Source: Nostoc sp. PCC 7120 = FACHB-418
GTDB taxonomy: Bacteria > Cyanobacteriota > Cyanobacteriia > Cyanobacteriales > Nostocaceae
Direction: 5' to 3'
DNA: 32,000 nucleotides
NCBI RefSeq assembly: GCF_000009705.1
Contig: NC_003272.1
Span: forward strand, 4,800,001-4,832,000
The notes below the pieces were generated by a model. It did no database searches and was not told the DNA's origin. It saw nothing but the letters and a program-made list of their open reading frames with translations. The position numbers and the translations under genes were made by a program. Of the stretch, positions 23,654-32,000 are shown piece after piece. The stretch's first letter is position 1, and the number at the start of each line of letters is the position of its first letter.

Positions 23654-24910
23654 ATGAATCCAGTAGATATTCTTATTCTTTCCAATGGGCCTGGTGAGGT
23701 AACAACCTGGGTACGTCCTGTAGTTAAAGCTTTACGTGAAAAACTGAGTGATGACCGTGTTCAAGTCAGGATTTCTGTAATTTTGTCACCATGTCCTAAT
23801 GCTAGTGGCAAAGAAGCTGCGATCGCACTTTCTTACCCAGAAGTGGACAGAGTACAGTCAGCAGAGCATTTTTGGCAATTTTTGCTTTGGGGGAGAACTG
23901 TTGACAATTGGGATTGGCGAAGTAAAGGGGTAGTTATTTTCCTGGGAGGTGACCAGTTTTTTCCTGTAGTCATCGGCAGAAAACTGGGCTATCGCACAGT
24001 AGTTTACGCAGAATGGGAAGCCCGTTGGCATAACTTAATTGACCGTTTCGGAGTTATGAAACCCCTAGTTGCAGCCAAAGCATCCCCTAAATACGCCCAT
24101 AAGTTCACAGTTGTCGGCGACTTGATGTTAGAAGCCAACGCCCAACTCCCCAACGCCCCACACCCCACACCCCACACCCCAATCATAGGTATTTTACCAG
24201 GGTCAAAAGCAGCAAAATTAACCCAAGGCATACCATTAATGCTAAGTATTGGTGAGTATATCCACAGCAAAAAGCCCGAAACAAAGTTTGTGATTCCAGT
24301 CGCCCCGACTTTGGATTTAAAAACTTTGGCTAGTTTCGCCGATTCCCAAAAAAACCCATTTGTAGAAACCTTTAGCTTTTCTGGCGCTTCCTTAATTTCC
24401 CCAGATAACAATCACCAGCGCTCCATTTTGAAAACAGATAATGGCTTAAATGTGGAGTTATGGCAAGAAAATCCTGCTTATGAATTATTATCCCAATGTA
24501 GTATCTGCCTAACCACAGTTGGAGCTAACACGGCTGAGTTAGGGGCTTTAGGCGTACCTATGATAGTTTTACTCCCTACACAACAACTTGATGCGATGCG
24601 TTCTTGGGACGGTTTACCAGGATTATTGGCAAATTTACCAGGTGTGGGTTCGACCTTTGCCAAGATGATTAACTGGCTGTTTCTTAGACGCAAAGGTTTA
24701 TTAGCATGGCCAAATATTTGGGCGCAGGAAGAAATAGTCCCAGAACTTGTAGGTAAACTCCAGCCGCAAGAAGTTGGGGAAATGGTTTTAGATTTGCTAA
24801 ATCATCCTGAGAAATTGGAACAGATGCGAGGGAAACTCCGCCATGTTCGTGGTGAAAGCGGAGCAGCCCAGAAGTTAGCACAGATAGTTAGTGAAGAAAT
24901 TGGGAATTAG
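23654..24910 (+). CDS. Lipid-A-disaccharide synthase (LpxB)-related glycosyltransferase-like protein, 418 aa.
   Basis: ILILSNGPGEVTTWVRPVV at the N-terminus and CLTTVGANTAELGALGVPMIV in the C-terminal half resemble the cyanobacterial LpxB-related family. I recall this family from memory, and the function is uncertain. Confidence 0.55.
   Translation: MNPVDILILSNGPGEVTTWVRPVVKALREKLSDDRVQVRISVILSPCPNASGKEAAIALSYPEVDRVQSAEHFWQFLLWGRTVDNWDWRSKGVVIFLGGDQFFPVVIGRKLGYRTVVYAEWEARWHNLIDRFGVMKPLVAAKASPKYAHKFTVVGDLMLEANAQLPNAPHPTPHTPIIGILPGSKAAKLTQGIPLMLSIGEYIHSKKPETKFVIPVAPTLDLKTLASFADSQKNPFVETFSFSGASLISPDNNHQRSILKTDNGLNVELWQENPAYELLSQCSICLTTVGANTAELGALGVPMIVLLPTQQLDAMRSWDGLPGLLANLPGVGSTFAKMINWLFLRRKGLLAWPNIWAQEEIVPELVGKLQPQEVGEMVLDLLNHPEKLEQMRGKLRHVRGESGAAQKLAQIVSEEIGN
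24156..24181 (+). repeat. In-frame heptanucleotide tandem repeat, (CCCCACA) x 3.7, inside the LpxB-related CDS.
   Basis: The sequence reads CCCCACA CCCCACA CCCCACA CCCCA and encodes ...APHPTPHTPI.... Confidence 0.9.
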
Positions 24911-24914
24911 GAGA

Positions 24915-24935
24915 GACAACTGACAACTGTCAACT
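24915..24935. repeat. STRR-like heptamer repeat GACAACT GACAACT GTCAACT in the 24-nt gap between convergent genes.
   Basis: Read directly from the sequence. Related short runs occur at 15435..15455 and 18747..18770. Confidence 0.8.
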
Positions 24936-25384
24936 TAATCAGATTGTCCGTCACGTCGCCCTAGTTCGTAAATACCACAACCCATACAAGCAAGTATACC
25001 CGTACTAATAGCCCAGCTACGTCCTAAGCTGATTTCCACTCCCCAGTTGCATAAAGCGCCAATTACCAGAAACGGCACAATACTAAAAAGTGATGCGTAA
25101 AAGGCGTTTTGAGCTTCTCTGGCTTTGCGAGTTTTTTCAAATTCTGTTTGGCTAGTATACAGCGATCGCTCGGCAAAGTTAAACCAACGGTTAAGTTGCT
25201 CGATGACCCATTCACTCAACGGCGAAAAACCTAGATATAGCGCCAAAGACCACAGACTAGCGCCGGCGATCGCGATCGTGTTCAACTCAAAACGAAAAGG
25301 TAAAATTTCAGTCAGCATGGCTTGAGGAGTCCTGCAAGTGGTCAGATCGACACTTAAGCTAATGTCAATCGACATATTCAGCAA
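24935..25384 (-). CDS. Hypothetical membrane protein, 149 aa. The start is uncertain and could be Met23.
   Basis: Hydrophobic segments IAIAGASLWSLALYLGF, LFSIVPFLVIGALCNWG and ISTGILACMGCGIY. No family is assigned. Confidence 0.55.
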   Translation of the reverse strand: MLNMSIDISLSVDLTTCRTPQAMLTEILPFRFELNTIAIAGASLWSLALYLGFSPLSEWVIEQLNRWFNFAERSLYTSQTEFEKTRKAREAQNAFYASLFSIVPFLVIGALCNWGVEISLGRSWAISTGILACMGCGIYELGRRDGQSD

Positions 25385-25872
25385 TTTTAAGCATAAACGC
25401 TAACAATATTTTGAATACTTGGCAACTATCTTTTGATGTGAGTCGTCATTCGATTGACAGAATTCTCTGAATCAACTCATGTCCAGGAATACTGAGTTGA
25501 AAATCCTCATCAGGATTAATTGTTTATTTCGATACAGCTTCCAAGTTGATTAAGTAAATACGTAAGTACAGCCATCATCTTTCTCTATATTTTAGATATT
25601 TTTCTGAATCATGTGGTTATTGGATGGCTAATAACCCTCTCTCATGGTGGCGCTTAAGATAAATTTGACAGGTTAAAGCTTTATATCGTAAGCTGTTTGA
25701 CTAAAGCAGTAGTAATACTTAAGTACATACGTAAACAGCGATTCTCAAAAACCATAAAAAATATATTTTGGCAATGTGATTAATTTAAATTTTGTGATTA
25801 TTTTTCCCAATTTATTTACAAGAACTTCACAGGAATTAGATACAAACATATTGAGTGGCTTAAGGAATAAAA

Positions 25873-26571
25873 ATGATTAATAGGCAAGAGAGATTAGCAT
25901 TTTCTGGAGCCACACTATTAGTACTAGGGTTAAATATTTTTAGCTTTATAGCTTTATTCCCTAAGGCGGAAGTTGTGATAGCAAGAGAGACAAGATCAAA
26001 CACAACAGCCAGAAGCAGTGGTTGGTTATCAGCTTCCTTCCCAGTAGAAAACTTTCAAGCTTACACATCTGCTTTTGGCTATCGCCGTTCTGCGACTGGT
26101 GGAGATGGTTGGGAATTTCATAGTGGCTTAGATATTGCTGCGCCCCAAGGTAGTTACATTCGCAATTGGTGGGCAGGTACAGTGATTAAAGTAGGCGATC
26201 GCACAGCCTGTGGTACACATATAGTTATTAAGTCAGGTCAGTGGGAACATACTTATTGCCACATGGAAGGTTATGTAGACACCGCAAATGGTCGCCGCTT
26301 TTTGATTGACCGCCCTGGTGGAATTCAAATTTGGGAAGGTCAAACCATACCCACCGGAGCCAGAATAGGTAGAGTCGGGATGACCGGACGCACCACAGGG
26401 CCACACCTGCATTGGGGATTAAAGTACGCCAATAATTATGTAGATCCAGCAATGGTCTTACGAGAAATGTTTTCCCAACAACAAATTGCTAGAGGGCGTG
26501 GAAACGTCAACACTCAGCAATCACAAGTCATTATTCAAGAGTCAAATAATACTCCTAATTTTGGCTATTAG
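25873..26571 (+). CDS. M23 (LytM-type) peptidoglycan metalloendopeptidase, 232 aa, with an N-terminal membrane anchor.
   Basis: The HxxxD motif HSGLDIAAPQGSYI and the HxH motif GPHLHWGLKY, with an N-terminal TM helix ATLLVLGLNIFSFIALF. Confidence 0.85.
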   Translation: MINRQERLAFSGATLLVLGLNIFSFIALFPKAEVVIARETRSNTTARSSGWLSASFPVENFQAYTSAFGYRRSATGGDGWEFHSGLDIAAPQGSYIRNWWAGTVIKVGDRTACGTHIVIKSGQWEHTYCHMEGYVDTANGRRFLIDRPGGIQIWEGQTIPTGARIGRVGMTGRTTGPHLHWGLKYANNYVDPAMVLREMFSQQQIARGRGNVNTQQSQVIIQESNNTPNFGY

Positions 26572-26696
26572 TAAATATTAATAGTGGCGTGGCAATACTC
26601 AACTTGTGCATTGTAATAGTGCATTAGTAGATTGGGTGGAAGCTTTGCAGAAACCAACATGATCCAACAAACACTAAATTGCTAAAAAGTGCCAGA

Positions 26697-26903
26697 CTAT
26701 TTAAATTGAGATATGAGATTATATATAAAAATGAAAATTATCAAAAAACAACTACTTAAAACAGAAACACTGAGAGTTATAAATGCAGGTATATTCAGTG
26801 ATTGAATCAGAATTATAGCTGCAACACTGAAAATGATAGCAACGATAAAACTAATAAGACTGATGACATTTTTATTCAAAATACTCTCCCCACTCTCTTC
26901 CAT
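26697..26903 (-). CDS. Possible small hydrophobic protein, 68 aa, very AT-rich.
   Basis: The ORF has two predicted TM helices (ISLISFIVAIIFSVAAIILI and LSVSVLSSCFLIIFIFIY). It has no recognisable family and could be a chance ORF in AT-rich DNA. Confidence 0.35.
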   Translation of the reverse strand: MEESGESILNKNVISLISFIVAIIFSVAAIILIQSLNIPAFITLSVSVLSSCFLIIFIFIYNLISQFK

Positions 26904-27005
26904 AAAGGCTTAATTTACTAATAAATCATTAGCCTATGGAAATGCTGTAAACAGCATTACGTAAAATGGTTGAGAGCCTTGTTAACTGAGGAAAATTCTA
27001 CATAA

Positions 27006-27042
27006 TAAGATCCCCAACTTCTCAAAGAAGTTGGGGATCTTA
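27006..27042. terminator. Perfect 16-bp-stem palindromic hairpin downstream of pyk. It may be a terminator or a member of a REP-like palindrome family.
   Basis: TAAGATCCCCAACTTC-TCAAA-GAAGTTGGGGATCTTA, about 100 nt downstream of the pyk stop. No adjacent U-tract on either strand. Confidence 0.45.
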
Positions 27043-27070
27043 GTCGATTTTCACAGAGTTGCGTTGAGAA

Positions 27071-27132
27071 TGGGTGTAAGGGTTTTAAACATTTACATTT
27101 ACACCCCTACACCCCTCTACCCCTACACCCTT
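27071..27132. repeat. MITE-like repeat, partial copy E (central GGGT/ACCC hairpin core only).
   Basis: TGGGTGTAAGGGTTTTAAACATTTACATTTACACCCCTACACCCCTCTACCCCTACACCCTT resembles the cores of copies A, B and D. The termini are absent. Confidence 0.5.
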
Positions 27133-27143
27133 GTTTAAGTTAA

Positions 27144-28913
27144 TTAAGGAGTTCCTACTGCTCCGGAATAAACTAAACCTCGTTGCAAATCCAGAGTCAA
27201 AATTGCTCCATCACGGATAACTTGCGTGGCTTTCTTCACACCTACAATCACCGGCACACCCAGGCGTAAACCAATCACCGCCGCATGACTAGTTAAACTT
27301 TCATCCTCTGTAATAATCCCGCCGGCTTTGCGAATCGCCTCGACAAAATCTGCACCTGTGCGGGGTGCAACCAAAATATCACCAGCGTTAAAGTTCCCCA
27401 CATCCATCCCGGTGTGAGCAACCCTAGCACAACCGCTTACCAAACCCTGTCCTAGACCAATTCCCTGTCCTAGAACTGCCGTTACCACTTCAACTTTAAT
27501 CAAGTCCGTTGAGCCAGATACCCCTTGTAACGTCCCGGCTGTCATCACGACTAAATCACCTTCAAACAGTAAACTATGCTCTTGGGCGACGTTAATGGCG
27601 GCTTGGAAAGTTTGACCAGTGGAAGGTAATTCTAAGACCAACAAAGGTTTTACGCCCCACACCATTTGTAGTTGACGAGCTACGTTAACGTGGGGTGTTA
27701 CTGCCAAGATTGGTGTTTGGGGGCGGAATTTGGAAACGTTGCGTGCAGTCGCCCCTGTTTGGGTGAGAGTCATAATTGCTGCTGCTCCCAACTGTTCAGC
27801 AATTTGACCTACAGCTTGGCTGATGGCGTTGGGAATAGAACGGCGGTTATCTCGCATTTGGCGTAATTTACTAGCCATAGCTTCTTCCTGCTCGATGCGT
27901 TCGGCAATTCTTGCCATTGTCGCCACTGCTTCCACTGGGTAGCTACCCACAGCCGTTTCATTGGAGAGCATGACCGCATCTGTACCATCAAGAATGGCAT
28001 TGGCTACATCGGACACTTCCGCGCGGGTGGGACGGGGATTGCTCACCATGCTATCTAACATTTGAGTAGCAGTGATGATGGGAATCCCCAAGCGGTTTGC
28101 TGTGGCAATTAAGCGCTTTTGTAGTACGGGGACATCTTCTGCTGGTAGTTCTACACCTAAATCGCCTCTAGCCACCATTACGCCATCACATAAAGCGAGA
28201 ACTGCTTCCATTTGTTCGATCGCTTCATGCTTTTCTATTTTGGCAACTACCGGCACTTGTTTACCAGTGCTGGAAATTAGCTCTTTAATTTCAATGATGT
28301 CTTGCGGATTGCGGACAAAGGAAAGGGCTACCCAATCAACACCCTGATCTAGACCAAACATCAGATCCTCACGATCTTTGTCGGTCATGGCTTTAATTGA
28401 GAGATAAACGCCAGGAAAGTTAACACCTTTGTTATTAGATAACTTACCTGCTACAGTCACCCGACAGTTCAAATCCCCTTTGTCGCGGTTGATATCCTCT
28501 ACCACCATTTCTACACGGCCATCATCCAGGAGGATTTTTGCACCTACAGGGACCTCATCTGCCAAATAATCGTAGGTGACACAGCTAATTTCTTGACTAC
28601 CAACAACTGGGCGATTTGTTAAGGTGAAGCGATCGCCTTTAGCTAAAACTATAGACCCGTTTTCAAACTTTCCCAAGCGAATTTTTGGCCCTTGCAAATC
28701 TTGGAGAATTGCCACTGGCTGATTTAGTTCAAAAGCGGTTTGCCGAATTAGGCGAATACTACGCTGATGGTCGGCGTGGGAACCGTGGGAAAAGTTGAGT
28801 CGCAGCGTTGTTGCACCCGCTTCAATGATGGCTTTCAGCATTTCGGGGCTACTAGTGGCAGGGCCAATTGTAGCGACGATTTTTGTCCGGCGTACAGAAT
28901 CTCTTAATTGCAT
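27144..28913 (-). CDS. pyk: Pyruvate kinase with a C-terminal PEP-utilising (mobile) domain, 589 aa.
   Basis: RRTKIVATIGPAT, LRLNFSHG, MVARGDLGVE and ATQMLDSM. The C-terminal extension carries GIITEDESLTSHAAVIGLRLGVPVIVG. Confidence 0.92.
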   Translation of the reverse strand: MQLRDSVRRTKIVATIGPATSSPEMLKAIIEAGATTLRLNFSHGSHADHQRSIRLIRQTAFELNQPVAILQDLQGPKIRLGKFENGSIVLAKGDRFTLTNRPVVGSQEISCVTYDYLADEVPVGAKILLDDGRVEMVVEDINRDKGDLNCRVTVAGKLSNNKGVNFPGVYLSIKAMTDKDREDLMFGLDQGVDWVALSFVRNPQDIIEIKELISSTGKQVPVVAKIEKHEAIEQMEAVLALCDGVMVARGDLGVELPAEDVPVLQKRLIATANRLGIPIITATQMLDSMVSNPRPTRAEVSDVANAILDGTDAVMLSNETAVGSYPVEAVATMARIAERIEQEEAMASKLRQMRDNRRSIPNAISQAVGQIAEQLGAAAIMTLTQTGATARNVSKFRPQTPILAVTPHVNVARQLQMVWGVKPLLVLELPSTGQTFQAAINVAQEHSLLFEGDLVVMTAGTLQGVSGSTDLIKVEVVTAVLGQGIGLGQGLVSGCARVAHTGMDVGNFNAGDILVAPRTGADFVEAIRKAGGIITEDESLTSHAAVIGLRLGVPVIVGVKKATQVIRDGAILTLDLQRGLVYSGAVGTP

Positions 28914-29401
28914 AGGGGCTGATTCTAGGGAGCTATCTAGTGAGTCATAGTAAATTAAGGGGCATTTAGTTTTCAGTCACTGTTATATCCGTGACTCAAA
29001 CTATGGGAGATGTTATGGAACTGTGAGATAGACTAGATATCGTACACTAATCTGGGTTCCATCCTTCCGTAGAGAAGGTTTCTTACATCAAAATTATTCG
29101 TGATACGGATAGCACACCCTATTGATCAGCAAAGACGAGTTTTACTCTACAAGAATTTTTATGGAAAATGGCTGTAAGGGTTTTGGTAAACTACTCTTCT
29201 GCACCCCTTACCTCAACCATTGATTTCTTGTTTTACTGAGTAAATCCCAAAATACTTGGGTCTTGTCTGGAATCATAGCGCTATTCACCTGCTAATCAGC
29301 ATAGGTTTTTGATAAATCTCCCTATACAAAACATTACAAAAGTTTATTATCTTCTAATATTTGTCGTATATTTGTAATGTTTGATCACAAAGGAGACACA
29401 A

Positions 29402-30322
29402 ATGCTCTCATTGGAGGCACAGCAGTTACCAAAAATCCCACCAAAGGAATTTTTAGCGCCTCCTGGTGATTTTAACCCCACGATGCTTTTATTTTCGGCA
29501 TCGGTGGTCATGTTGATTTTGTCGAACTTTGGCTATTGGCTTTGGCAATGGCCTCATTGGCTATGCTTCAGCACAAATACCCTAGCTTTACATTGTGCAG
29601 GGACAGTCATTCACGATGCTTGTCATCAATCTGCCCATCGTAATCGGATAATTAATGCCATGTTAGGTCATGGTAGCGCGTTGATATTGGCTTTTGCTTT
29701 TCCTGTGTTTACGCGGGTGCATTTGCAGCATCACGCCCATGTTAACCATCCCAAAGATGACCCAGATCATTACGTCTCTACAGGTGGGCCACTGTGGCTA
29801 ATCGCTGTACGGTTTTTGTACCATGAGGTATTTTTCTTTCAAAGAAAGCTGTGGCGCAAATATGAACTGCTGGAGTGGTTTATCAGTCGCTTAATTGTCA
29901 TTACAATTGTTTACATTTCCGTTCAATATCATTTCCTGGGCTACATTCTCAATTTTTGGTTTATCCCCGCATTCATAGTTGGTATAGCTTTAGGACTATT
30001 CTTTGATTATCTGCCCCATCGTCCTTTTGTGGAACGCGATCGCTGGAAAAATGCCCGCGTCTACCCTGGAAAGTTACTCAACATCTTAATTATGGGGCAG
30101 AATTACCACCTAATTCATCATTTATGGCCTTCTATCCCCTGGTATAACTATCAGCCAGCCTATTATGTAATGAAGCCACTGTTAGATGAGAAAGGCTGTT
30201 ATCAAACTTCAGGATTGTTGCAGAAAAAAGATTTCTTTGAATTTGTGTATGACATCTTTTTAGGGATCAGATTTCACCATCACAAAGAAGAAAAAGTATC
30301 AAGTAATAATCTAGAGGCATAG
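29402..30322 (+). CDS. crtR: Membrane di-iron desaturase-family protein, most likely a cyanobacterial-type beta-carotene hydroxylase (CrtR).
   Basis: Three His boxes: HDACHQSAH, HLQHHAH and HLIHHLWPSIPWYNY. Its size of about 306 aa and its hydrophobic segments fit CrtR. I chose the ATG at 29402, which has AAGGAG 6 nt upstream, over the TTG at 29381. The CrtR assignment is from memory of the family, and an alternative is another desaturase-like enzyme. Confidence 0.6.
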   Translation: MLSLEAQQLPKIPPKEFLAPPGDFNPTMLLFSASVVMLILSNFGYWLWQWPHWLCFSTNTLALHCAGTVIHDACHQSAHRNRIINAMLGHGSALILAFAFPVFTRVHLQHHAHVNHPKDDPDHYVSTGGPLWLIAVRFLYHEVFFFQRKLWRKYELLEWFISRLIVITIVYISVQYHFLGYILNFWFIPAFIVGIALGLFFDYLPHRPFVERDRWKNARVYPGKLLNILIMGQNYHLIHHLWPSIPWYNYQPAYYVMKPLLDEKGCYQTSGLLQKKDFFEFVYDIFLGIRFHHHKEEKVSSNNLEA

Positions 30323-30339
30323 CGTGATCGCCACTTTGT

Positions 30340-30930
30340 ATGTCCACCCCCCCTTATATTCAACTCAATACTGTTCTGCAAAACTTCGCAGATATTCCAG
30401 CAGATGAAATTCAAAAGTTAAACCAAACTTTTTACCCACTACCTTTAACTGCTGGAGAGTTTTTCATTCAGGCGGGTGACATACCCCGGCAAATTGGATT
30501 CGTTATTTCCGGAATCTTACGTCTCTACTACGTAAATGCATCGGGTACAGAATTCACAAAATCATTTTGCCCAGAAGACCATTTTGTTGCTGCCTACAGT
30601 GCGTTGATTTTAAAACAGCCAGCTCAATTTTATATTGAAGCTTTAGAAGACTCATTATTATTAGTTGCCGACTATGACAAGTTCACCCAATTATGTGCAG
30701 AGCATTCATGCTGGCAGATAATTAAGCATAAATTTTTAGAAGCATTGTATCTTAAAAAAGAAAAACGCGAGGCAGAGTTACTTCTAGATGATGCCACGAC
30801 CAGATACCAAAAATTTCTGGCGGAATATCCTCATCTAGATCATAGAGTCAAGCAGTATCACATTGCCTCTTATCTGGGCATTTCACCTGTGTCTCTTAGC
30901 CGAATTAGGAAAAATTTCCACCCTGATTAA
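30340..30930 (+). CDS. Crp/Fnr-family transcriptional regulator (cNMP-binding domain plus a C-terminal HTH), 196 aa.
   Basis: A beta-roll region (FFIQAGDIPRQIGFVISGILRLYYVNASGTE) and the HTH QYHIASYLGISPVSLSRIRK. The gene starts 17 nt after the crtR-like stop. Confidence 0.8.
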   Translation: MSTPPYIQLNTVLQNFADIPADEIQKLNQTFYPLPLTAGEFFIQAGDIPRQIGFVISGILRLYYVNASGTEFTKSFCPEDHFVAAYSALILKQPAQFYIEALEDSLLLVADYDKFTQLCAEHSCWQIIKHKFLEALYLKKEKREAELLLDDATTRYQKFLAEYPHLDHRVKQYHIASYLGISPVSLSRIRKNFHPD

Positions 30931-31006
30931 CATAAGTTAATGACTTCACCATTGCTCCAGATTACATCTAAAGAAGATGTTCTGAAATGCGCTTACTAAA
31001 CTGGCA

Positions 31007-31777
31007 ATGGTGAAAAAAGTATTACATCCGGCTTACAACAAGAAATCTCCAATTTCAACCCAAGGCAACACAGTTTTAATCACTGGAGGTGCATCAGGAA
31101 TTGGTTTGGCACTAGCACACAAATTTCTGCAAGCGCAAAATACAGTGATAATCACTGGACGGAATGCTGAAAAATTAGCTGGCGTAAAGGCATTATGGCC
31201 GGAAATTCTCACTGAAGTTGCTGATTTACAGGATTTAAATATCTTGCAAAAGCTAGTCAATCGTTACCCAAATGTGAATATCCTGATCAACAATGCTGGC
31301 ATTCAATATAACTACGAATTTACCAATCCAGAAATTACCCCAGAGTTAATCGAAGCAGAGTTACGAACTAACTTAATTGCGCCATTGCAATTGATTAAAC
31401 TGATGTTACCCCATCTGTTGAACAAGCCCGAAGCCGCGATTATAAATGTTTCCTCTGGCTTAGGATTAGTTCCCAAAGAAAGCGCACCTGTCTACTGTGG
31501 TAGTAAAGCAGGGATACATATTGCTACTAAAGCCTTGCGCTGGCAACTCGAAACCACATCTATTAAAGTATTTGAAATTATCGCGCCTTTAGTTGATACA
31601 CCCATGACTCAAGGACGGGGTAAAGGGAAGATTTCCCCTGATGCACTGGTAAATGAATTTTGGCATGATTTTACACGCGATCGCTATGAAATGCGAATCG
31701 GTAAAACCAAACTACTGTTTTTCCTCCAGCGATGGTTTCCCCAACTAGCAGACAAAATTCTGCGCCCTGGAATTTAA
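31007..31777 (+). CDS. Short-chain dehydrogenase/reductase (SDR) family oxidoreductase, 256 aa.
   Basis: The TGxxxGxG motif VLITGGASGIGLALA, NNAG, a catalytic Ser in NVSSG, and the YxxxK motif YCGSKAG. Confidence 0.85.
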   Translation: MVKKVLHPAYNKKSPISTQGNTVLITGGASGIGLALAHKFLQAQNTVIITGRNAEKLAGVKALWPEILTEVADLQDLNILQKLVNRYPNVNILINNAGIQYNYEFTNPEITPELIEAELRTNLIAPLQLIKLMLPHLLNKPEAAIINVSSGLGLVPKESAPVYCGSKAGIHIATKALRWQLETTSIKVFEIIAPLVDTPMTQGRGKGKISPDALVNEFWHDFTRDRYEMRIGKTKLLFFLQRWFPQLADKILRPGI

Positions 31778-31815
31778 CTTAATTGGGCGCAAGCCAGGTT
31801 TTCTCATCACTTCAA

Positions 31816-32000
31816 TTAAACTCTTGACTCTACTATTTGCTGCGGTGCTTGTAGCGCCTGGGGTAAACTCCAATCAGGGCGCAGTTTCCGAGCTTCGCGC
31901 AAATAAATGTGATGAACCGGGACAGAGGTTGGCTGGTAGGCGTGGATTAAGAAACGGATACAGCGCTGTAAACTACCTTCAACGTGCATCTGCTGTACAT
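31816..32000 (-). CDS. The 3' end of an unidentified CDS that runs off the window (60 codons plus the stop).
   Basis: My minus-strand translation reads VQQMHVEGSLQRCIRFLIHAYQPTSVPVHHIYLREARKLRPDWSLPQALQAPQQIVESRV*. It is open to the window edge, and I do not recognise a family. Confidence 0.35.
   Translation of the reverse strand, partial: VQQMHVEGSLQRCIRFLIHAYQPTSVPVHHIYLREARKLRPDWSLPQALQAPQQIVESRV

Noticed and set aside
25552-25739. A direct repeat AAGTA(A/C)ATACGTAA..ACAGC at 25552..25572 and 25721..25739, and TGTGATTA twice near 25776..25800, in the 490-bp AT-rich region upstream of the M23 peptidase gene.
   Set aside because: The matches are short and lie in very AT-rich DNA. The second repeat fits only the loose GT-N10-AC pattern, not the NtcA consensus GTA-N8-TAC. 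They could be regulatory, but the evidence is too thin.

Overview
This window looks like a chromosomal segment from a filamentous, heterocyst-type cyanobacterium (Nostoc/Anabaena-like). The HIP1 palindrome GCGATCGC occurs 22 times by my eye count, against about 0.5 expected by chance, and the window carries heptamer STRR-like repeats, psbZ and a tandem isiA cluster. From memory, the gene order resembles the all4000-all4003 / alr4009 neighbourhood of Nostoc sp. PCC 7120. This was not verified by any search.

Genes, in window order:
- a PAS sensor histidine kinase split by an IS608-like, TnpB-only IS200/IS605 element (1-3271)
- an SbcC/Rad50-type ATPase
- a 912-aa DHH-DHHA1-CBS-CCA-adding/poly(A) polymerase fusion
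- a small decayed accessory stretch holding a PIN-toxin remnant, an AT-rich orphan ORF and repeat fragments
- rhodanese, psbZ, ribH and tRNA-Gly(GCC)
- a zinc-ribbon membrane protein tightly followed by a divergent ProA-like protein that appears to lack the catalytic cysteine
- a GIY-YIG protein and a Hanks-type Ser/Thr kinase with a YARHG domain
- four tandem CP43'/IsiA-family genes, one of them an IsiA-PsaL fusion
- an LpxB-related protein, an M23 peptidase and pyruvate kinase
- a CrtR-like desaturase-family hydroxylase, a Crp-family regulator and an SDR

A MITE-like palindromic repeat family with AGGACTTACGCA termini is scattered through the intergenic regions.

I see no convincing multi-gene novel system such as a defence island. 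The most interesting items are:
- the precisely reconstructable TnpB insertion with a predictable omega-RNA guide
- the ProA pseudoenzyme candidate
- the isiA array, which is free of HIP1 sites and contains a GC-rich structured island

All functional calls come from motif recognition by eye, with no database search.
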